DNA of 64,000 nucleotides from a virus: positions 52,041 through 116,040 of the IMG/VR virus record IMGVR_UViG_3300023238_000005; one strand, written 5' to 3'. Positions 38,224-48,546 of the stretch are shown here, piece by piece; positions within the stretch are counted from its first letter, which is position 1; every line of letters starts with the position of its first letter. The notes under the pieces were generated by a model. The model was not told the DNA's origin, did no database searches, and saw nothing but the letters and a program-made list of their open reading frames with translations. The position numbers were made by a program, and so were the translations under genes.

Positions 38224-39125
38224 CTTATAAAGCTTCCTGATACCATTACTGAACTGTTTAGCATGTTGCCACTTAGCTCTTTAATACGTGCAAGTTGCTT
38301 GTCTTCTAGTGTTTTGTATCCAGTTGGTGTTTTAGACTCAGGTACTTCTTTGCCAGACTTTTCCATTGTTTCTTTCCACGGAGCAATTAGCTGTTCGTAG
38401 TTTGGATCGTTCTTTAACTTTGCAAGCATAGTTTCTACAGTATGCGTGTCGGCATTTGTAGCGCCTTTGCCTAACAATAATTCTGGAATACCTTTATTCC
38501 AATCGTTACTAATAATCTTGTCGCCATCATTAGGATCAACTACGCCAAACTTAGGACTAAACTTTACTCCACGTCCTCTTGCAATAGCTGATAGTAGGAT
38601 AGCTCTGTCTGTACCGCCAAACTGATCTGTACCGCCACGCTTTGCATTGCGTTGATGTACTGGATCGTCTGTAAACATAAAGTCTGTTTGAACAAATCCA
38701 TTCTTGTCGCTGCCTGCAATAGGTGTGCGGAAGTGTACTTGATCGCCTGCGTCTTTGATCCAGCCGTCATTTTTAGCAACAGCAACACCGTTTATTCTTT
38801 TGTTATCTACTTTACCTAGATTCATAATCTCAGCGTCATTAACGCCTTGACTCTTTAACCATACACTAAGTTTTTTAATTAGCTGCGCTTTGCTAATTTT
38901 GCTTGAGTCTGTGTTTAAGTCTAAATCACCTGATGAGTTATTTTCAAACTTGCCGTCTGCGTTCTCTTTCTTGCCAGTTGTGCCTAACCAATCTTCTTCG
39001 TCATATGTTAAGCCTGTGATCTTTTCAATAAAGTCAATCGAAGCCTGTACATCTTTAGTTGCAATGCGCTGAGTAATGGCACCTTGCTCAGTCTTAAATA
39101 TGTTGCCGCCTTCTTTAAGAATCAT
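38220..39125 (-). CDS. Pol-beta superfamily nucleotidyltransferase-like protein
   Basis: LGTTGKK...SSGDLDL...VQTDFM. Confidence 0.6.
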   Translation of the reverse strand: MILKEGGNIFKTEQGAITQRIATKDVQASIDFIEKITGLTYDEEDWLGTTGKKENADGKFENNSSGDLDLNTDSSKISKAQLIKKLSVWLKSQGVNDAEIMNLGKVDNKRINGVAVAKNDGWIKDAGDQVHFRTPIAGSDKNGFVQTDFMFTDDPVHQRNAKRGGTDQFGGTDRAILLSAIARGRGVKFSPKFGVVDPNDGDKIISNDWNKGIPELLLGKGATNADTHTVETMLAKLKNDPNYEQLIAPWKETMEKSGKEVPESKTPTGYKTLEDKQLARIKELSGNMLNSSVMVSGSFIR

Positions 39126-39375
39126 TTTTCTTACTCTCTATTATTCTATTCATGCTACGCTTAAATTTACGTGGGTCGTTTGATTTAATACTGTTAATAA
39201 GTCTGCGTTCTAGTTCGCCAGCAGTATCTACATCATATGTAGAATGTATCCTACTTAATAAGTTAATGGCACTTTCAATGATGTTGTTAGCTGTCGCGTC
39301 GATAAGATGGTCGTTATCTCTACGTCCGTAGACATTATTAAGTTCATCAAGTATACTTCTGGTACGTTTTTTCAT
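39115..39375 (-). CDS. Hypothetical protein
   Basis: MKKRTRSILDEL; late promoter CTAAATA. Confidence 0.7.
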   Translation of the reverse strand: MKKRTRSILDELNNVYGRRDNDHLIDATANNIIESAINLLSRIHSTYDVDTAGELERRLINSIKSNDPRKFKRSMNRIIESKKNDS

Positions 39376-39444
39376 GATTTAAAATTCCTATACAGTATTT
39401 AGTAGACTTTGTTTATAAATATTAGTATACCGGGAGGACACTAA

Positions 39445-40203
39445 ATGTCAATTAAAGATTTGAGTTTCAATGAACGATCCTTACTGTTTGCTAAGTTATC
39501 AAGCATAGCATATAGTAACATAAAAGAAGTAAAACGTCAAGCAAAACAACTTGGCTTTACAACTGTGGAATATTATGACAAGGAAGGGGCTCAGGCATAT
39601 CGCTTGATGAACAAGATAGACTTAGTAATTGCATGTCGAGGTACGCAACCTAGTGAATTTGCTGATATAGCGGCAGACCTAAAAGCAACTCCAGTTAAAG
39701 CAGAAACAATTAGCAGAGTACACAGAGGATTCAAACAACAAGTAGATGACTTATGGCCAATGATAGTTGAAGACATTGCTCGTCCTGTTAACATGAAGAA
39801 AACACTTTGGTTTTGTGGACATAGCTTAGGTGCTGGAATGGCAACTATTATGTCTTCAAGAGCAAAGTTTAACAAAGATCTTAACGATCCTATTGAGCTG
39901 TATACATACGGATGTCCGCGTGTAGGCTGGCATGCATATGCAAAAAGTTTAGGAGTTGTACATCATAGATGGAGAAACAATAATGACATCGTCACTACTG
40001 TTCCTCTTGCTATAATGGGATACAAACATTGTGGCACTCAGCATTACATTAATGCATACGGTAATAAACGCACACCCACAGGCTGGCAAATGTTTAAAGA
40101 CAGATGGCGTGGCATGTGGATGGGCATCAAGCAAGGCAAGATTGATAACTTTAGCGATCATTCAATAGTTGAGTACATCCATCACTTAAAAAACTTAGAT
40201 TAA
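39445..40203 (+). CDS. Class 3 lipase
   Basis: RGT, VHRGF, GHSLG nucleophile elbow, YTYGCPRVG, DIVTTVP, DH; TATAAATA promoter. Confidence 0.9.
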   Translation: MSIKDLSFNERSLLFAKLSSIAYSNIKEVKRQAKQLGFTTVEYYDKEGAQAYRLMNKIDLVIACRGTQPSEFADIAADLKATPVKAETISRVHRGFKQQVDDLWPMIVEDIARPVNMKKTLWFCGHSLGAGMATIMSSRAKFNKDLNDPIELYTYGCPRVGWHAYAKSLGVVHHRWRNNNDIVTTVPLAIMGYKHCGTQHYINAYGNKRTPTGWQMFKDRWRGMWMGIKQGKIDNFSDHSIVEYIHHLKNLD

Positions 40204-40727
40204 TCCCAAAGGTTTTCGTAGTACTTTCCAAACAGTTTGAAGCCGTTTGTCATGCGTTCTTGGTGTGCTTTTGCACCGTCACGATCTTCCCATACAAGTT
40301 TCAATCCAAATAGACTGGTAGGATCTTTAGATTCCTCTGGTCCCATTTCTCTATACTCGTAATAGTCACCTTGCCAATCATCTTTACACTTTTGTTCGAA
40401 CGCCCAAATCATTTCGCCCATGATCCAATCCCAACGTTCAAAGTGATGAGGATCAACATCGCCTGTTTTACCATATGCGGCTAGTTGTTTTTTAGTAGCA
40501 CGAAGTTCTTTTGGTACATCTAGCATCTCTACCATTGGAGCACCATGTTTAGTTTCTTGTAACTGTACAAGCATAGGTAGGATAATAGGAGCAAGGGTAT
40601 GATCCATACTCCAGGTATCAAAGTCATCTATATGAACAGACACTTTAGGCTCGTTTTTAATTCCCAACTTATACAGGAAGTTGTGATACCAACGATGTGT
40701 CGGGTATGGTCCTATTTTAACTTTCAT
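40200..40727 (-). CDS. Hypothetical phage protein
   Basis: DTWSMDHTLA, GFKLFGKYYENLWD. Confidence 0.75.
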   Translation of the reverse strand: MKVKIGPYPTHRWYHNFLYKLGIKNEPKVSVHIDDFDTWSMDHTLAPIILPMLVQLQETKHGAPMVEMLDVPKELRATKKQLAAYGKTGDVDPHHFERWDWIMGEMIWAFEQKCKDDWQGDYYEYREMGPEESKDPTSLFGLKLVWEDRDGAKAHQERMTNGFKLFGKYYENLWD

Positions 40728-41089
40728 TAGTTCTTCCACCACCTTATCTTTTTACCATAATCATTTTCAAATTGTTCTATGAGAGAGTCTTTTGATACAA
40801 GCTCTTTAGACTCAAAATCATCTAACCATTCACTTAATGCGTTCCAATCCTCACCGTGCATCACCGCTAGACCATATTCGAAACCATATGGTTCATCTGG
40901 AACGCCACGAATATCTATTCTACCACCAGCATAATGTGTGGTTATTTCATCATACTCTATTGTGTCACCAGGAGAGTATCCTTTGATGATGTCAGAGGTC
41001 ACTGTGTGAGTTGCTTTGTGAGTAAGTCCTCTTTCAGTATACCAACTCGTATGCCAAGGACCCATCATGTTTGTGCTATAACTAATCAT
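40727..41089 (-). CDS. Hypothetical protein
   Basis: Coupled ORF. Confidence 0.7.
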   Translation of the reverse strand: MISYSTNMMGPWHTSWYTERGLTHKATHTVTSDIIKGYSPGDTIEYDEITTHYAGGRIDIRGVPDEPYGFEYGLAVMHGEDWNALSEWLDDFESKELVSKDSLIEQFENDYGKKIRWWKN

Positions 41090-41285
41090 CCCATTCTCCA
41101 AATATTTTAGGTGCTTGCTTTTCAGCTTCTTCCATATGATATTCGCCTGGGTAATGCTTTAGGCAACGATATGCTTCTTTTCGTACAGCACTCGGTACTC
41201 GTGGTGTCTTCGTAGGATCCAGTAAGTCAACTAGAAATTGTCTAGTATAGTTAACAGCATTCCTTCTTTCATTCGGCATAGTCAT
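41082..41285 (-). CDS. Hypothetical phage protein (MTMPNER...CLKHYP)
   Basis: Coupled ORF. Confidence 0.7.
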   Translation of the reverse strand: MTMPNERRNAVNYTRQFLVDLLDPTKTPRVPSAVRKEAYRCLKHYPGEYHMEEAEKQAPKIFGEWDD

Positions 41286-41493
41286 AACTTACTACCTTTA
41301 CGTTGTGTTCCTTTCCAGGAATAGAAAATATATTAGCATAATCTAATGCTTTGTTAATATCATTAAATACTATTGGTTCTATATTAAACATATTACATTT
41401 ACCGTTGTCTTTTGTAATGAACAACCAGTCGTCTTGATCGGTAGTCAAACAAACCATAATAGCCCATTTACCATTTGTCATATCAGTTATCAT
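41269..41493 (-). CDS. Hypothetical protein
   Basis: Coupled ORF. Confidence 0.6.
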   Translation of the reverse strand: MITDMTNGKWAIMVCLTTDQDDWLFITKDNGKCNMFNIEPIVFNDINKALDYANIFSIPGKEHNVKVVSYDYAE

Positions 41494-41498
41494 TCCTG

Positions 41499-42437
41499 TT
41501 ATCCAAATAAACTGCTAACTGACTCTTCGTTAGTTATACGACGAATTGCTTCACCAAACAAAGGCGCGACACTAACCTGTCGTGTCTTTTTGCAGTTTTT
41601 AGGACAGCGGTCTTTTATTGTGTCTGCAATTACTAGTTCTGTAAGCTGGCTTTTTTCAACCTTCTCACATGCTTCGCCACTTAGTACACCATGTGTAATA
41701 TATGCACGAACTGACAATGCGCCTGCATCCATAATTGCTTTAGCTGCATTGCATAGTGTGCCTCCGCTATCAATAATATCATCAACCATAATAGCGTGTT
41801 TACCTTTAACATCGCCTATCAAGTTCATAACTTCGCTTTTGCCTGCTGATGGTCGCATCTTGTCTACTATAGCAATGTCTGCGTGGAACATGTCTGCAAA
41901 CTTTCTAGCACGAACAACACCACCAGCATCAGGGCTTACAAATACTGTACCTTCCTCAATAATGACATTACGTTTAATATCTTTAGCAAATACCAAACGG
42001 CTTGTTAAGTCATCAACTGGGATATCAAAAAAGCCTTGAATCTGTCCAGCGTGTAAGTCCATTGTAAGCACTCTATCTGCTCCTGCTGTTGTAAGCAAGT
42101 TAGCAACTAGTTTTGCTGTTATAGGGGTCCTACTGGCGCTCTTACGATCCTGTCTAGCATATCCAAAGTAAGGAATAACTGCTGTAATACGTTTGGCACT
42201 TGAGCGCCTTGCAGCATCAATCATAATTAACAGTTCCATTAAACTATCATTAACAGGAGTTGATGTACTTTGTATAATAAACACATCTTCTCCACGGATG
42301 TTGTCTAGAAACTCTACATTTATTTCACCATCGGCGAATGTCTTAATGGAACTCGGTACTAGCGGAGCAAACGAATGGTCCGCAATTTCTTGCGCTAATG
42401 CTGGATTAGCGTTACCGGCGATGATCTTCATTTTCAA
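41499..42437 (-). CDS. prs: Ribose-phosphate pyrophosphokinase
   Basis: [45 protein letters not shown]. Confidence 0.97.
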   Translation of the reverse strand: MKMKIIAGNANPALAQEIADHSFAPLVPSSIKTFADGEINVEFLDNIRGEDVFIIQSTSTPVNDSLMELLIMIDAARRSSAKRITAVIPYFGYARQDRKSASRTPITAKLVANLLTTAGADRVLTMDLHAGQIQGFFDIPVDDLTSRLVFAKDIKRNVIIEEGTVFVSPDAGGVVRARKFADMFHADIAIVDKMRPSAGKSEVMNLIGDVKGKHAIMVDDIIDSGGTLCNAAKAIMDAGALSVRAYITHGVLSGEACEKVEKSQLTELVIADTIKDRCPKNCKKTRQVSVAPLFGEAIRRITNEESVSSLFG

Positions 42438-43183
42438 TCTATGTCCTCTCGAATGTTATTGTTATAGTTAATTGCTTCCTGGAGAATGCTAAGATCTACA
42501 TCGTGTAGTCCTGCACTGTAGGTAATAGCTTTGGCATCTTTAGGAAAGCAGTGTCCGCCATAGCCTCTGTTGGGTGTTACTCGTGTGTGACTGTTGCCTA
42601 TGCGAAGATCATCACTAATACTACGTCTAACATGTTCATAGTCAGTGCCAGTAGCTTCGCATAAGTCGTGTATTTGATTAAAGAAAGCAACTTTAGTTGC
42701 TAGGAATGCATTACGGAAATACTTTGTAAGTATTAGTTCTCTTGGCGGGCAGTGCCTAACAGTTATGTTACCCATTGCCTTAATGAATATCTCTGCCCAG
42801 TATGATAAACTGCTGCCGCCCATTAGTAGTTCTTTTGTGTTAGCGAAGTCTTTTAGAGCCGTCTCTGCACGTAGGAACTCTGGACTAAATGTAATGTTAC
42901 TGTTGGGATGCGATAGCATTAGTTCGTCCCATCCTTCTAAGCTGATTGTGCTTTTAATTAAAAACGGAACATCTAAGTTGCTATTAATAATATCATACAC
43001 ATTACTCATGTCACACTTGCCATTGTCGTCTGGAGTGCTTACGCATATAATGATTGCATCAGCGTGGCGCAAATCGTCAAAGTGTCCTAGTGCTGGATCA
43101 CTAATCAATATATCAAAATAGTCTTTTAGAGCATTGTGATGCGCTTGGCCAACAAACCCGTATCCTGCAATTCCTATTCTCAT
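42434..43183 (-). CDS. UDP-glucose/GDP-mannose dehydrogenase family protein lacking C-terminal domain
   Basis: [26 protein letters not shown]; only 249 aa. Confidence 0.85.
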   Translation of the reverse strand: MRIGIAGYGFVGQAHHNALKDYFDILISDPALGHFDDLRHADAIIICVSTPDDNGKCDMSNVYDIINSNLDVPFLIKSTISLEGWDELMLSHPNSNITFSPEFLRAETALKDFANTKELLMGGSSLSYWAEIFIKAMGNITVRHCPPRELILTKYFRNAFLATKVAFFNQIHDLCEATGTDYEHVRRSISDDLRIGNSHTRVTPNRGYGGHCFPKDAKAITYSAGLHDVDLSILQEAINYNNNIREDID

Positions 43184-43635
43184 ACTGTAATTATAACACC
43201 ATTGTAATATAAGTCAAGTTAAAAATTATAGCGTATGTCAGTTTTAATCACACTGTTATACGTCGAGTCATTAGTTATTTCTATCTTGATGTCTTTACCA
43301 CATCGCTCACGTTAAAGGTAGACTCGACGTTGTCTACTGATTATTTATACTACAACTATGTTTAGTATTTGTCAAGCGAATATTACGGTATGCAGCAAAC
43401 GCATAACGGGTATTTGCAAATGTATTGTAAAAACCTGCCTTTTTCAGCTCTAAACGGTGTTTTATGCACGTTAAAGTGTATAAATAACATTGTTACGTAA
43501 AGTAGTACCTGGTACTGAAGAAGTATTAGAAGCTGCAAACAAGTTTATTGAATTTGTTAACGGTAACAAGCCAAAATAATAATAAAGAGTAAAAAACGTC
43601 AGGACATAGTCCGGTGATACATTAGAGAAACAAGC

Positions 43636-43668
43636 AAGCCCTAGCATTGGAAACAGTGTTAGGGCTTA
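43636..43668. terminator. Hairpin terminator
   Basis: AAGCCCTAGCATTG GAAA CAGTGTTAGGGCTT. Confidence 0.7.
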
Positions 43669-43671
43669 ATC

Positions 43672-44133
43672 TTATGTCCAGGGACGACTTACTGCTAATG
43701 CACCTGTATTCTCATCATCGTCTGCATTATATGCATTTACTTCATAAGGGTTAGGAAGTCTGTTTTTATTGAATGTGTTTGCTGCTCTGTAATAAACTGC
43801 ATCAGTATCGGCTGCTGCTAATCCTTTACGCTTTGCACTAGCAATAGCACCCTTTTGCTCTTGACGTTCTTCTTTGTTGCCAGTCTTTAATGGTGTACAC
43901 AGGACTGCACTACCTTCTTCTAATCCTGCTGCTGTTAATGTCTTTGCACCATCATTAGTTTGATTAATACTCGGAGTATCATACAATGAAATTTCACCAT
44001 ACATTGCTGTTGTAATAGGTGCGCCTTCAACTGCTTGAGCAAGGGCTGTAAGTCCGTTCATTGTTGTTGTACCAAACGTAACCGTTAAGTCAAATACTAC
44101 GCCTGTTAGTCCTTTGCAAGTGATTGTCGCCAT
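43672..44133 (-). CDS. Hypothetical virion protein
   Basis: AGGAG RBS, CTAAATA promoter. Confidence 0.7.
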   Translation of the reverse strand: MATITCKGLTGVVFDLTVTFGTTTMNGLTALAQAVEGAPITTAMYGEISLYDTPSINQTNDGAKTLTAAGLEEGSAVLCTPLKTGNKEERQEQKGAIASAKRKGLAAADTDAVYYRAANTFNKNRLPNPYEVNAYNADDDENTGALAVSRPWT

Positions 44134-44172
44134 GTTTGTATTCTCCTATACAATATTTAGTTAAATATGCTT

Positions 44173-45363
44173 ATGATAGATATAAAACCATTCCAACAAA
44201 CACTTGAAAAGCTCAAACAGGAAGGCAAGTACCGTGTATTCAATGATATACTCAGAGAACGCGGAAAGTTTCCTAAAGCTATTTGGTACGGAAAGTATGC
44301 AATCAAAGAGATTGTAAACTGGTGCTCAAATGATTACCTCGGAATGGGCCAGAACAAAATAGTCATAGATGCAATGCACACTGCATTGGATCAAACTGGC
44401 GCTGGCAGTGGTGGCACCCGAAACATCGGTGGCACTTCACACTATCATGTAGCATTAGAGCACGAGCTTGCATTATTGCATAGCAAAGAAAGTGCGCTCC
44501 TCTTCTCTAGTGCATATGTTGCAAATGAATGGAGTTTGGTCGCTCTAAAACAAATCATTCCCGATATTGTGTTTGTTAGTGATTCGAATAATCACGCCTC
44601 TATAATCCAGGGGATAAGACACAGTGGTGCTGACAAGGTTATTTTTAAGCACAATGATATGATCGACCTAGAGGACAAGCTAAAGAATGTCTCAGGAACA
44701 CCGTGTATTGTGTTCGAGTCCGTGTATAGCATGGATGGAGATGTGTCGCCTGCCCTCGACATTTGCAACCTAGCGGACCAGTATGGGGCAATGACGTACA
44801 TCGACGAAGTTCATGCCGTAGGATTATACGGAGAACAAGGAGCAGGCTATCTCGAGAAACTAAACCTGCAAGAGCGTGTAGATATTGTAAATGGTACCCT
44901 AGGAAAAGCTTTTGGAGTGCAGGGCGGATACATCGCAGGATGCGCAGACGTCATAGACGCTATCCGTTCTGTTGCTTCAGGCTTTATTTTTACGACAAGT
45001 TCAAGTCCAGTGATGGCAGCCGGTGCGCTTGCTTCTATCAAATACTTGCGTGATAATAATCAACTCCGTGAAGCACATCAAGAACGTGCTCGCAAACTAA
45101 AACATCGTATGATCAAAGCAGGACTAGAACCGATGCCGTGTTCAACAACACACATTGTACCATTGCTTATCGGAGATGCTAAAAGGTGTAAAGCTATTAG
45201 CGATGCACTGTTAGATGACCATGGAATATATGCACAAGCAATAAACTTTCCAACGGTTCCAGAAGGGACTGAGAGATTACGCTTTGCTCCTACTCCCTTT
45301 CATACAGACGGTATGATAGAAGATTTAATTAAAGCATTAAAAGAGGTAATGAATGAACATTAA
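44173..45363 (+). CDS. hemA: 5-aminolevulinate synthase (Shemin/C4 pathway)
   Basis: WCSNDYLGM, GSGGTRNIGG, NHASIIQG, ESVYSMDG, DEVHAVGLYG, GTLGKAFG (PLP Lys), FIFTT. Confidence 0.95.
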   Translation: MIDIKPFQQTLEKLKQEGKYRVFNDILRERGKFPKAIWYGKYAIKEIVNWCSNDYLGMGQNKIVIDAMHTALDQTGAGSGGTRNIGGTSHYHVALEHELALLHSKESALLFSSAYVANEWSLVALKQIIPDIVFVSDSNNHASIIQGIRHSGADKVIFKHNDMIDLEDKLKNVSGTPCIVFESVYSMDGDVSPALDICNLADQYGAMTYIDEVHAVGLYGEQGAGYLEKLNLQERVDIVNGTLGKAFGVQGGYIAGCADVIDAIRSVASGFIFTTSSSPVMAAGALASIKYLRDNNQLREAHQERARKLKHRMIKAGLEPMPCSTTHIVPLLIGDAKRCKAISDALLDDHGIYAQAINFPTVPEGTERLRFAPTPFHTDGMIEDLIKALKEVMNEH

Positions 45364-45769
45364 AAAAGCATTTTGGTTCAGCTTAGGCTGTCTATTGTTA
45401 GTTGTCGCATTTATCGGCATCTATCTTCCAGGACTTCCATGGAGCACACCAGCAGTAGGTGCAGCATATTGTTTTGCTAAATCAAGCGATCGTATGCACA
45501 ACTACATAATGAATCATAAACTATTTGGCCCGTTCCTACGTGGCTGGTCTGAGAAGCGAGTCTTCCCAACTAAATTCAAATACTTTATGTTGATAACAAT
45601 GACGTCAAGTGTAGCAGTACTTTGGTTTACTACAGGTAATCCTAAAGCTGTACTATGGAGCGGATTGTTCATGATTCTTGTGGCCGGATGGGCTTGGCGC
45701 TTCCCCGGATCACATGAAGAACATGCCAAACGAGTTAAACTAGGCAAAAAGATTGCTTGGTTAAAGTAA
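45353..45769 (+). CDS. ybaN: YbaN/DUF454 family membrane protein
   Basis: IGIYLPGLP.STP...AAYCFAKSS.R.H..IMNHKLFGP. Confidence 0.85.
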   Translation: MNIKKAFWFSLGCLLLVVAFIGIYLPGLPWSTPAVGAAYCFAKSSDRMHNYIMNHKLFGPFLRGWSEKRVFPTKFKYFMLITMTSSVAVLWFTTGNPKAVLWSGLFMILVAGWAWRFPGSHEEHAKRVKLGKKIAWLK

Positions 45770-45788
45770 TACGCTTACTATAAAGTAA

Positions 45789-46436
45789 TTAGGGCAGCTG
45801 ACACTTATGTTTTAGTTGCCCTTTTTTATGACGAGACAAGTTACCTGGATCATACATCTTCCCACAACATTCTGTCTTAGGACGTATTACACCCTTCAGT
45901 CTTAAACTCTTAGCTAAATTATCTGCGGCACTACGCTTCTTACCTTTGTTGGCTGCACTTATCTTTGCCTTCCAGTCAGCTTTCTCTTCTTCAGTACGAT
46001 TGTTTAATGCTGCTGCTACATTGTCTACCCATTCTTTAGGCTTAGGTACACCTAGCTGTCTTTCTCGATGTATTTGACTAGCACTGTCAGGATACTTCCA
46101 GCCCTCTTGCTTACGCTTGGCATTAGACTGCTTCATACGCTTGCTCTGTGCTTGCTTAAATTCTTCAGTACGTATTGATCCGCTTGTACCATCGCCGCCA
46201 TCTGTTTGATTACGCAGGATGCCTGTGCCTAAGTCCTTGCGGCCATACTTTGCAATTAGCTCTATTTCTAAATCAAATGCTGCTTGCTCAGATAAATTCT
46301 CTGCAATCATAACTCTACGTTCTGTAATAGGTAACGGTAGTCTATGTCCTTCGTTAATGCGATTAGCTTTGCCCTTACCAATATAGTAAGGTGTCTGATC
46401 TTCACGTAGGTATTGATAGACGTAATAAATATTCAT
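45789..46436 (-). mobile_element. GIY-YIG homing endonuclease with NUMOD3-like repeats
   Basis: YYVYQYLREDQTPYYIGKG, LRNQTDGGDG. Confidence 0.85.
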
Positions 46437-46531
46437 GTTGTTGTCCTCCAAGACGATAAAGTAGTCAAGTGTTCTAGCACTGTGGACTACACTTTTATTT
46501 ATCTAATTGCTTGGAGTTATCCAGGTTATGA

Positions 46532-47041
46532 CTAAAGGTAAGCACTCCAACTAGGATGTGCCATTGACATATCTAATTGCTTGCGCCTGTTAACTAGATC
46601 GTAATAGTCTGGTGCGTATGGTTGCCTAATAGGTTTCATACGAGTCTCACTGCCTTTGCGATTATTACATGGCCCACAAGCTGCTACAATGTTTGTCCAG
46701 TTAGTTTTACCGCCTAGTTTGATTGGTATCACATGGTCAAGTGTTAGATTGCTTTTAGTGTAGGGTGTGTTACAATACTGACAAGTATACAAGTCACGCA
46801 CATACAAATTAGCTTTAGAAAAACGTGGCTTGTGTTTGCGCTTCTGCATAGTCTTGAGCATCATTACTGCTGGCACACGAGTCTCCCAACTCTCACTGCG
46901 CACCATCCAATCGTCATACCATTCTAGCACATGAACTTTGTCAAGCCATAGGTATGTAATCGCTTCTTTCCACGCGATTGCGCTGAGTGGCAAATAGCTT
47001 ACAGGTTGTGCATCTGCGTTCAGTAATAATACTTGACCCAA
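46532..47041 (-). CDS. HNH endonuclease
   Basis: VLLLNAD, RDLYTCQYC, TLDHVIP..GG..W.N.VAAC..CN..KG. Confidence 0.9.
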   Translation of the reverse strand: MGQVLLLNADAQPVSYLPLSAIAWKEAITYLWLDKVHVLEWYDDWMVRSESWETRVPAVMMLKTMQKRKHKPRFSKANLYVRDLYTCQYCNTPYTKSNLTLDHVIPIKLGGKTNWTNIVAACGPCNNRKGSETRMKPIRQPYAPDYYDLVNRRKQLDMSMAHPSWSAYL

Positions 47042-47053
47042 GGGATAATCCTA

Positions 47054-47371
47054 TTATTGTGAGTAAGGTGTAAACTTTGTTCCTGCTGCAATTACACATG
47101 CAACACTGTCTGGGTATAATGCTATCAAACTCCAAGTTCCGGTGTCTTGGTTAACAAAATACATCATGGCGCTTTCATATTTGGTTCCTTCAGGACCAAA
47201 CTGTACACCTTGTGCTCGTATTAGGGGTTTCTCGCCCCAGTTCACAACTGTATTTTGTGTTATTTGTTTAACGGGTCCACAATCTTGTACGCCGATGAAC
47301 TTCATTTGCTTTGCATTGGCTGGTAGGGCTATAAGGATAAGGGTTAAAACTGCTATAATTTTGTATATCAT
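47054..47371 (-). CDS. Secreted hypothetical protein
   Basis: Signal peptide MIYKIIAVL...ANA. Confidence 0.65.
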   Translation of the reverse strand: MIYKIIAVLTLILIALPANAKQMKFIGVQDCGPVKQITQNTVVNWGEKPLIRAQGVQFGPEGTKYESAMMYFVNQDTGTWSLIALYPDSVACVIAAGTKFTPYSQ

Positions 47372-47387
47372 ACAAATACTTATACGT

Positions 47388-47921
47388 TTAGAAATAAGTA
47401 TCGAATACGTCTTGGCTATACTCTGCGACAGCATTGTGCCACAAGCTCTTGTCAGCTAGTTCTATAAGTGCTTGGCTGGGTTTAGATAGCAGTAGCCATT
47501 CTGGCTTACGTGATCGAAGCTGATGCTCTAAATCAAGTGCGTCCCATCCTTCAAAGCCTAAAAATAATCTATACCATTCAGGTACATTTCCCATCTCTAG
47601 CTTTTCCATCATTAAGTCATCTGAACTCATACATAAATGATCGTTGATCTGTATAGTGTTTGAACTATACCATTCGTCAGTATGTAACATAATCATTGCT
47701 GATTCGTTATTGTCGCCGCCAATGAATAACCTGTTGTCGCCATACCAGTCAATGTTTTTATCTGCCATTATTTCTTTAAGATCATACCCACTGAGATTGT
47801 TGAGTATTAACCCAGTAGTACTGTTGGGATTGCTATCCGTGATGTATACAACTTGCTCTCCGCAATTAGGATGGGAATGAACAGGGTGTGCTATAAGTAA
47901 ACTACCTGGGCGTATTTGCAA
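47388..47921 (-). CDS. YqgE/AlgH (DUF179) family protein
   Basis: GSLLIAHP, GLILN, LFIGG, RLFLGF.GW...LE. Confidence 0.8.
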   Translation of the reverse strand: MQIRPGSLLIAHPVHSHPNCGEQVVYITDSNPNSTTGLILNNLSGYDLKEIMADKNIDWYGDNRLFIGGDNNESAMIMLHTDEWYSSNTIQINDHLCMSSDDLMMEKLEMGNVPEWYRLFLGFEGWDALDLEHQLRSRKPEWLLLSKPSQALIELADKSLWHNAVAEYSQDVFDTYF

Positions 47922-47923
47922 TG

Positions 47924-48214
47924 TTAATTCTTCTTGCTCTTGCTGCCGCTTTTAACAGGGCCGCTGCCATAGAAAGGCATTGGGCCACCGTACTTCTTGC
48001 CCCTAACTTTCTTTTGGTCTACACTCTGTCTTGGCTCACCGGCTTTGATTTTAAACTTGCGTTTGTGAGTGCGCTTGCGCAGCCCTTGACTCTTACAGCT
48101 TGCCAAGGCGCTTGCACCTATAGCACTGTCTGACTTTGAGCTCTTACATAGGCTGGCTGTTGCAGCCCAGTCCGCAAGTTCTTCTTCGCTTTCTAGTAGT
48201 TCGTTTATTCTCAT
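47924..48214 (-). CDS. Basic hypothetical protein (MRINEL N-terminus)
   Basis: Late promoter directly upstream. Confidence 0.7.
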   Translation of the reverse strand: MRINELLESEEELADWAATASLCKSSKSDSAIGASALASCKSQGLRKRTHKRKFKIKAGEPRQSVDQKKVRGKKYGGPMPFYGSGPVKSGSKSKKN

Positions 48215-48222
48215 AAAGTTAT

Positions 48223-48444
48223 TTATCTGTATTTGTCAGCTGGATTAACAGAACTGTCAAACGTATCATCAGCGCACAAGGCAAAGCTGAGAACCTTTCT
48301 AGGTCCTTTTGTCGTGTTGATATCTATCTCTCCACTTTTCTCGTGGAACTCTATTTTCGTGATCTGTGCTGGCTCACGATTAGCTCCTACTAGTATGGTC
48401 TGTCCTAACTCTAGATTAACGTTCAAGTTTCTTAAAGTACTCAT
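48223..48444 (-). CDS. Hypothetical protein
   Basis: Start MSTLRN after AGGAG. Confidence 0.65.
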   Translation of the reverse strand: MSTLRNLNVNLELGQTILVGANREPAQITKIEFHEKSGEIDINTTKGPRKVLSFALCADDTFDSSVNPADKYR

Positions 48445-48546
48445 GGGATATCTCCTGATGTGGAACACGTTTAATGTTCAGTAATATTTATCTGAGTTCG
48501 CAGGTTCGATAAGTAAATGTATAACACATAAACGGAGTAACTACAA

